A DNA stretch of 64,000 nucleotides from a virus, in IMG/VR virus record IMGVR_UViG_3300036800_000073, positions 31,584 through 95,583 of that record; one strand, 5' to 3'. Shown piece by piece: positions 58,091-64,000 of the stretch. Position numbers and translations under genes: made by a program. Positions within the stretch are counted from its first letter, which is position 1; every line of letters begins with the position of its first letter. The notes beneath the pieces are model-generated. The model saw only the letters and a list, made by a program, of their open reading frames with translations. It did no database searches and was not told the origin of the DNA.

Positions 58091-59169
58091 TGGCTTTTGT
58101 TCTGCTCGTCAACCAACCGGTTGAGATCGGCGCGGATTTGAGCCTCGCTGAATTTCGACATCTTGGCCAGATATTCCTCCTGTTGTTTGGGTGCCCATCC
58201 GAGCGCATTGAAGGCCGCGGCGTGGGTATTCGGAGCCTCTGCGGAGGTTTTGGCTGCGGGAGTTTTGGCCCACTCCATGGCCGTCTTCCGATCTGCTATA
58301 GCAATGTCGAGGGAGCTTTCGACCTTGAGCACATCCTTGAGGTAGGCGCGGGCATCTTTGGTCGGGTGATTCAGCTTGCTCGTGTTGTGCCACTCGGCGG
58401 CGAATGTCGCGGCTTCCTGTTTGAGCACGGCAGCTTCGTCGGGAGTCTGAGTTTGAGAATGATTATTATTACCATTTCCGGTCCCTGCCGGAGCCGGAGC
58501 CGGAGCCGAGCCGGTGGTGCCTTGTTCGATCGGAGAAGCCGAGAACGTGCCTTCCACCTGGGGATAGTCCTGCAACTCCTCGACAGATTTCATGCCGCGC
58601 AGCGCGTCGGCGAACTTGTCGCGCAGGCCGAAGGCGCGAGCCCGCATTTGCAACATGCGCTTGGGATAGCAGTGCCATGGAGACGGGTTCCGCATCTCTC
58701 CGCCTTCTCTTGAGTTAATTTTATCGCGGGTATCCCACAACCCAGCCAGCTTTGCATCGGCTACCGAAAAGCGGGATTCGTGCGGCTCCTGATTGCGCCG
58801 CTTGATCTGGAACACGGCGGTTAGCTTCTCGCCTTCGCCTTCCCAAAACTCCTTGTGCCCCTCGTAGGCGGGATGGGATTGCACCACCGCAAGTTGATCG
58901 TCGCCAAAGATGCCGGGGCGGCCATTGATGACGGCGATGGCGATCACCGATTGCAGCACGGAGAGGCCGAGCGCCTGCCCGTACTTCGCGGCCACGAAGA
59001 TGTCAGCCGGTTTGTTCATGTAGTTTTTTGGCACCAGTTGCGAACTGGCAATCCATTCGCAGAGCTTTATGGACTCGGCCAGATTGTCGGGCAAGAAAAA
59101 CGTGGTTTTATCCGGAACTGCGAGCGATTCCTCGCCGCGTCCGGTAATCGCTAATGCTTGGCTGCTCAT
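58087..59169 (-). CDS. RecT-like single-strand annealing protein
   Basis: S.LVPK.Y..KP.D, G..LGL, IAVINGRP, W..YPKRML..RAR.F.LRD.F.D.L.G....EE. Confidence 0.85.
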   Translation of the reverse strand: MSSQALAITGRGEESLAVPDKTTFFLPDNLAESIKLCEWIASSQLVPKNYMNKPADIFVAAKYGQALGLSVLQSVIAIAVINGRPGIFGDDQLAVVQSHPAYEGHKEFWEGEGEKLTAVFQIKRRNQEPHESRFSVADAKLAGLWDTRDKINSREGGEMRNPSPWHCYPKRMLQMRARAFGLRDKFADALRGMKSVEELQDYPQVEGTFSASPIEQGTTGSAPAPAPAGTGNGNNNHSQTQTPDEAAVLKQEAATFAAEWHNTSKLNHPTKDARAYLKDVLKVESSLDIAIADRKTAMEWAKTPAAKTSAEAPNTHAAAFNALGWAPKQQEEYLAKMSKFSEAQIRADLNRLVDEQNKSQ

Positions 59170-59288
59170 GGATTCCTCCCAATAGATGCAGCCATCATAC
59201 TTTAAGCAGTTGCGAAAACGCAATGGGCTCCGGAAAGTTAGTTACTGGCTTGGCGCAGACGGTTTGACTGGCATATACTGGCCTTCCG

Positions 59289-59936
59289 ATGGCTGATTGC
59301 ATTCTCAAGACCGAGCCGCTTCCCCGAAAGATGCAGCATCTTCCCATAGATGATCGCGGGTATGTTATTCCATGGTTCGTCGAGTACGTCGATGGCAAGC
59401 CGGAATTCCGTTGCGCCAACCAGGGCAAGTTTGCGGCGGCGCTCAGCAAAAAGCTGTGCTGGGTCTGCGGCACTGCACTCGGAACTAACTTCGCGTTCGT
59501 GGCCGGCCCGATGTGCGGAATCAATAAGGTATCGTCGGAGCCGCCGTCGCATCTGGAATGTGCGCGATGGTCGGCACGGAACTGTCCGTTTCTCGCCAAC
59601 CCGCAGATGGTGCGGCGCGAAGATGAAACCTACAACCGGGCGAGCCTGAAACAGATGTCGGCCGGCGAAGCGATCTCGCGCAATCCTGGCGTGGTGATGA
59701 TATGGATCACGCGCGAATTCGAGATTTTCAGGGCTAACAATCGCGGGGTGCTGATGTTGATGGGAAGGCCCAATGCGGTCGAATGGTATGCATGGGGAAA
59801 ATCTGCGACTCGCGCCCAGGTGCTTGAATCAATCGAAGATGGATTCCCTTCCCTGCTCGCATCAGCGTATGAGCAGCCGGGGGCTCCCGCAGAGCTGCGC
59901 AGAGCCAGACAGCGTTTCGAGAAATGGCTACCGTGA
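59289..59936 (+). CDS. hypothetical zinc-binding protein
   Basis: CWVCG, GPMC, EPPSH.EC, CPFL. Confidence 0.6.
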   Translation: MADCILKTEPLPRKMQHLPIDDRGYVIPWFVEYVDGKPEFRCANQGKFAAALSKKLCWVCGTALGTNFAFVAGPMCGINKVSSEPPSHLECARWSARNCPFLANPQMVRREDETYNRASLKQMSAGEAISRNPGVVMIWITREFEIFRANNRGVLMLMGRPNAVEWYAWGKSATRAQVLESIEDGFPSLLASAYEQPGAPAELRRARQRFEKWLP

Positions 59937-60433
59937 CCGAAGTCTTCTCCAGACCGTGCCGCTGGTGCGATGAAGGATTCGTACCGGTTCCGTCGTCAGT
60001 CAACGAGATAGCCTGGGTCCACCCGAATACGCCTGTCGGTCGCGCGATTTGCAGCAACCGCACTGACATTGTTGAGAATCTCACAGCCGGTATCTTCGGT
60101 GGTGGTGGTTTCACCGACGCGAGTTCCGAGGCCAATCCGACTAACGTCTATGGCGACCCCGCCAAGCCGGATGTGGTCCACCTTGATCTGAGCGTCCAAG
60201 AGTATGAGGACCTGGTGCTGATGCTGGGACTGGCGGCGGGCGTGGCCAATAGGGGATGTAAGGAATTTTTTTATCGGTGTCTGCGCATAGCCAATAAAGT
60301 AAACGAGCACAATCCGAACTGGACGCCTTATGAAGTCCCGGCGCTTACAAAAGGGAAGTCGCAGTTTAAGCCAGCGAAGCCAAACAACATCACTCGGCCC
60401 CAAGGTGTAAAGCCGCCGCCGCGCAGCAAGTAA
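59924..60433 (+). CDS. hypothetical protein
   Basis: Coupled ORF. Confidence 0.45.
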   Translation: MATVTEVFSRPCRWCDEGFVPVPSSVNEIAWVHPNTPVGRAICSNRTDIVENLTAGIFGGGGFTDASSEANPTNVYGDPAKPDVVHLDLSVQEYEDLVLMLGLAAGVANRGCKEFFYRCLRIANKVNEHNPNWTPYEVPALTKGKSQFKPAKPNNITRPQGVKPPPRSK

Positions 60434-60460
60434 CAAATTGCACTTGGGTTAGGAGGTCCG

Positions 60461-60836
60461 ATGGCAAGAGTTCTGGTGGTTGACGATGAGGCGCGAGCCA
60501 AGGTACAAAGCGTGATCGCTTATGCCCATGAACATATCTATAATCCGAGTCTTCACCAGCAAGCGCCGGGCGAGAATCCCGGTCATGTAGCCGCGCTGAA
60601 CAGCTTTCGCTGCGTCTTTAGCTTCACCGTAGATCGCAATGGCGATCTCTATCGCCATCTCTCCGTATCGGTCCCATCGAAGGATTATGCCAACCCGGTT
60701 GCGATCTCGGAGATCGCGGGGCTGTTCGGATTCAGCGGGAGCCGAAGATGGTGTCGCGGCGAGGCTGGCCACAGGCGCCTGGAAGATGAATGTCAACAAG
60801 CAGGAGCACTGTATCGTGCTCGCAGAGGGAATGTAA
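60461..60836 (+). pseudogene. hypothetical gene with apparent frameshift near 60740
   Basis: AGGAGG RBS; RHLSVS motif; a plausible C-terminus (…NKQEHCIVLAEGM) lies in another frame. Confidence 0.4.
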
Positions 60837-61071
60837 ATGGCCGGATCGTACAAGCATGTCGCGCGAAGGGCCGGATGGGCCGGATGACCATCGTATTGCG
60901 TCTTACGCGCTCCCAGCAGATGGCCCTTGTGGACATCCTGATTGCCTATTGCCGACTAAAGGATGAGCCACAGGAGTTCGTCGATGTGGTAAAGGATTGC
61001 ACCACAACGACCGGAGAACTGCTCGCGCTGGTCGCCGATTTGCGCGAAGTCGAGCTGGAACCGAGGCCACG

Positions 61072-61782
61072 ATGAAATCCGGACCCCACGATCTGGCTCG
61101 ATACATGGAAGGATCACCCGCGCAAAAAGCGGCAATTACGCGACGGCAGCGGCAGCAGATCAGGAATGAGTTGCAAAAGACGCAGCCGCAAGAGCCGATA
61201 GCCGAAGTGATGCCGCCAGATGGCAAGACATTCACGACGATTGGAGATCTGAGTCCAGATCCGCGCAACGCCCGCAAGCACGGGGAGCGCAATATCTCCA
61301 CGCTGGAAAAGAGTCTGGAGCAATTCGGCGCAGCGCGGTCCATCGTGGTGGATGAGAACGGCCGCATCCTGGCGGGCAATGGCGTGGTCGAAGCCGCTGC
61401 CAATATCGGCATGGAGCGGGTCAAGATGGTGGAAGCGGATGGCAACGAGATTGTAGCGGTAGTACGGCGCGGGCTCACCGAGGAGCAGAAGCTGGGCCTG
61501 GCTGTGAGCGACAATCGCACCGCAGAGTTGGCCGAATGGGATACGGAGGTTCTGGCGCAGATCGGCGCAGAGATCAACCTGTCCGATTTCTTCACTGAGG
61601 AGGAGATGGGGTCGCTGCTGGCCGACACAGAGCATTTGCGCGAAGTGGAAAAGGAATTAAAGCCGAAGCAATTTATCCGGGTCCTGGTATCGGTGCCCAT
61701 CGACCGCGCGGGCGAGGCGAAGGAACTCCTCGATCAGCTCGCGGCGGTGCCGGAGATCGAGATCGACTACTCTGCAAATTGA
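61072..61782 (+). CDS. ParB N-terminal-like domain protein
   Basis: L.PDPRNARKH, SL.QFG..RSIVVD, ILAGNG, DNRTAELAEWD. Confidence 0.8.
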   Translation: MKSGPHDLARYMEGSPAQKAAITRRQRQQIRNELQKTQPQEPIAEVMPPDGKTFTTIGDLSPDPRNARKHGERNISTLEKSLEQFGAARSIVVDENGRILAGNGVVEAAANIGMERVKMVEADGNEIVAVVRRGLTEEQKLGLAVSDNRTAELAEWDTEVLAQIGAEINLSDFFTEEEMGSLLADTEHLREVEKELKPKQFIRVLVSVPIDRAGEAKELLDQLAAVPEIEIDYSAN

Positions 61783-61798
61783 TTGGAGACAGACCAAA

Positions 61799-62764
61799 GT
61801 GCCTCGTCGACAATATAAATCGGAACGGCGCAAGCACGTCTGCAATGTGTGTCAAAGCTGCGGCGAGTGGGGTAGCGGATGGCAATCCTACGGGTCCGCT
61901 CTCATCGAAGATGAGGGCCTGCCGGTGCTCAAGACCTGTTCGGAGAAGTGCCGAGCGAAGATCGACGATCCAGCTGGCTGGCTCCTGCGCTTATGGATCA
62001 AGATGAACATACGCCCTAGCACAAAGGTGCTCAAGACATTCCGCCGCTTTCCCAAAGAGATTCAAGAGCTTGGCGCACGGGGGAGAGTGTGAGCCGCAAT
62101 AATGATTATCCGTGGATCGTGATCGGCGACAATGCGACGAATCCGGGCCTGTGCCTGCGCTGCGGACGGCGGCTAAATGTGCTTCTTCCTCAATCCCTAA
62201 GCGTATGGATTGCGGCGTTCGAAGCATTCCTCAACATTCACAAGCATTGCCAAGAGAGTGAACATCAGGTGAAATGAATGGCATGGCCTTTTATAATCTG
62301 AAATGGGTGCATCGTTCGAGCGGAGCGGCCCAGGTATTCGCGGCGCGCGGCATGGATGGTCACGATGACTAAGACCTATTCCTTTCGCGATGTCGTCGTC
62401 GGAGTAATGCCAGAAGGATCACTATCGTTGGGTGTGGAAGGCGAGGCGATCACCGTCGAATTAACCTATCGAGATCCCGCTGGTAAACTGTGGCGTGTGA
62501 TTGGGCAGGCTCGCCGAGTGGAGGTTACAGATGACAGCAAAGAGTGAACGACCAGACCGGACCCTCGAAGAAAAATTGATGGACGCGCAGGAGGCACTGA
62601 GCCTCGCCAAAGGCAAGCTCGTCGAATCGCTCCGGCAAAAGCAGACGGCGAAGCTATGGGCCGCAGAATGGCGCACACGCATCGACCAACTGGAATCTCT
62701 CATTGTGACCATCAAAGCACAAATTGGGAACCGCGATGTGCAGTCGTCAGACCAGGTGCTATGA
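61799..62764 (+). other. cluster of small hypothetical genes (61799-62092, 62089-62277, 62356-62547, 62531-62764)
   Basis: Coupled small ORFs, two with CxxC motifs. Confidence 0.45.
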
Positions 62765-63309
62765 CGACCGGACCCAAGACCGATAATTCGTTTTTGCGCG
62801 ACAAGGTGCAGCTCCGCATTAACAACCTCCCTGCCGGCGATGTTCGCGTGCTCGACTGCTATTCGGGCAAGGGTTTGATTTGGGCGGCGGTGGAAAGGAT
62901 TTCAGGCCGCAAGATCCATGCCTTGCCCATCGACCACCGTTCCGACAAAGACGACTTCCATCTGCCTGGCGATAATCTGGAATATCTGGAGACACTAGAC
63001 CTGGGCAAGTTCGAGTGCGTGGATTTGGATGCTTATGGTGTGCCGTTTGAACAGATTGAGGTCTTATTTCGGAGGCACTATCGCGGCGTTGTCTTTGTCA
63101 CCGTGATCCAGAGTGTGATGGGGCAAATGCCTCACGGATTACTGGAGAGCGTGGGCTTTATGCAGAAGCAGATCGAGAAGTGTCCGACGTTATTCGGAAA
63201 GCGGGGATGGGAATATTTTACCCAATATTTAGTGGTGCGAGGCGTTAGAAAGATTAGGCATAGGTCAAGCAAAAGAAAGCATTATCTAGCGTTCACTATG
63301 CCTGAATGA
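62761..63309 (+). CDS. SAM-dependent methyltransferase-like protein
   Basis: VLDCYSGKG motif I, GDN, DLDAYG.P. Confidence 0.65.
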   Translation: MTTGPKTDNSFLRDKVQLRINNLPAGDVRVLDCYSGKGLIWAAVERISGRKIHALPIDHRSDKDDFHLPGDNLEYLETLDLGKFECVDLDAYGVPFEQIEVLFRRHYRGVVFVTVIQSVMGQMPHGLLESVGFMQKQIEKCPTLFGKRGWEYFTQYLVVRGVRKIRHRSSKRKHYLAFTMPE

Positions 63310-64000
63310 TAGATCATGACCGAGCACTCGCAGTTCCTGAAGTGCGTGTCTCTCCCAATACTTCTTCTGATCGAAAGTAAATGAATCCCATATCCCTCTT
63401 GTAATTTGTAGATATTCGAGGATGGTAGGAAGACGGCGCTCTCGCTTGGCTGCTTTGCTGGCGGTCATCTTCGCCACTGACAACGCAGTAGCTTCCGGAG
63501 ATAGAGGCGTATACGTACGAGGACGTTGGTTATGGACCTGCTCGACCTTTGTTGCCCAGCGGCAATTGCTAGGCTCATAATTGCCGTTATTATCATCGCG
63601 TTCGATGCTGTGCTGAAGTGTAGGTTTGCGTCCCATGTCAGAAAGAAAAGTTGCGTAGCTACGAAGCCACTTGTCGCACACCATTATTCCACGACCGCCG
63701 TAGTTGTGGAAATTGGATGCACTGGGTCGCAGCAGCGTTTCCTCATGGCGAGCCAGCAGTTGTATTCAGGAGTTCGCGTACGATTAACCGTTTCGCCATG
63801 AGTCCTCGATAGTTGAGACTGGAGATCCCGTTGCCAGCAGCCACAACTCAAAGCTCCTCTTGAAAGTAGATTCGAGCGAAGCACGGTTCTGCATTCTCCG
63901 CAATCACAAATGGCATGAACCCTAGCCATCATATTGCCAGTGGGCGATAATAGACCGGGAGCCTCAGCCACAATCAATAAACGACCAAAGCGCCGTCCAA
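63286..64000 (-). pseudogene. HNH homing endonuclease, frameshifted near 63712 (5' end off the window)
   Basis: GRRFGRL, CDCG, SCGC, EY..W..M..RC; other frame gives YGGRGI.VC..W, SIER.DNNGNYEPSNCRWAT. Confidence 0.8.

Overview
This window holds most of a GC-rich (about 60% by eye) tailed phage or prophage genome with a contractile tail. It probably infects Acidobacteriota (inference). Layout: (1) a leftward early operon at 1-5210 (HerA/DUF87-like ATPase cut by the edge, SPOUT/TrmH methyltransferase, HD alarmone hydrolase, ParB-like protein); (2) a replication initiator with internal iterons and a C-terminal DnaA domain I, followed by HicAB; (3) terminase and portal, then an unusual head-region cassette of standalone enzymes (RelA/SpoT synthetase, inorganic pyrophosphatase, topoisomerase IB) that share an N-terminal FANSLD peptide; (4) MuF, DUF2213 protease/scaffold, capsid, neck, sheath, tube, tape measure, baseplate and fibres, two of the fibre-like proteins carrying Sec signal peptides; (5) an IS1595 element with passenger genes, and lysis genes; (6) a leftward recombination operon (RecT-like, PD-(D/E)XK nuclease) and a rightward block ending in ParB-like and methyltransferase-like genes. 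The best candidates for undescribed biology are the tagged, probably virion-packaged effector cassette, the exported Cys-paired fibres, and a dispersed ATAAT-N-ATTAT (Fur-box-like) palindrome. I saw no integrase, CI repressor, tRNA, CRISPR array or reverse transcriptase. All family assignments come from motif recognition, not database searches.
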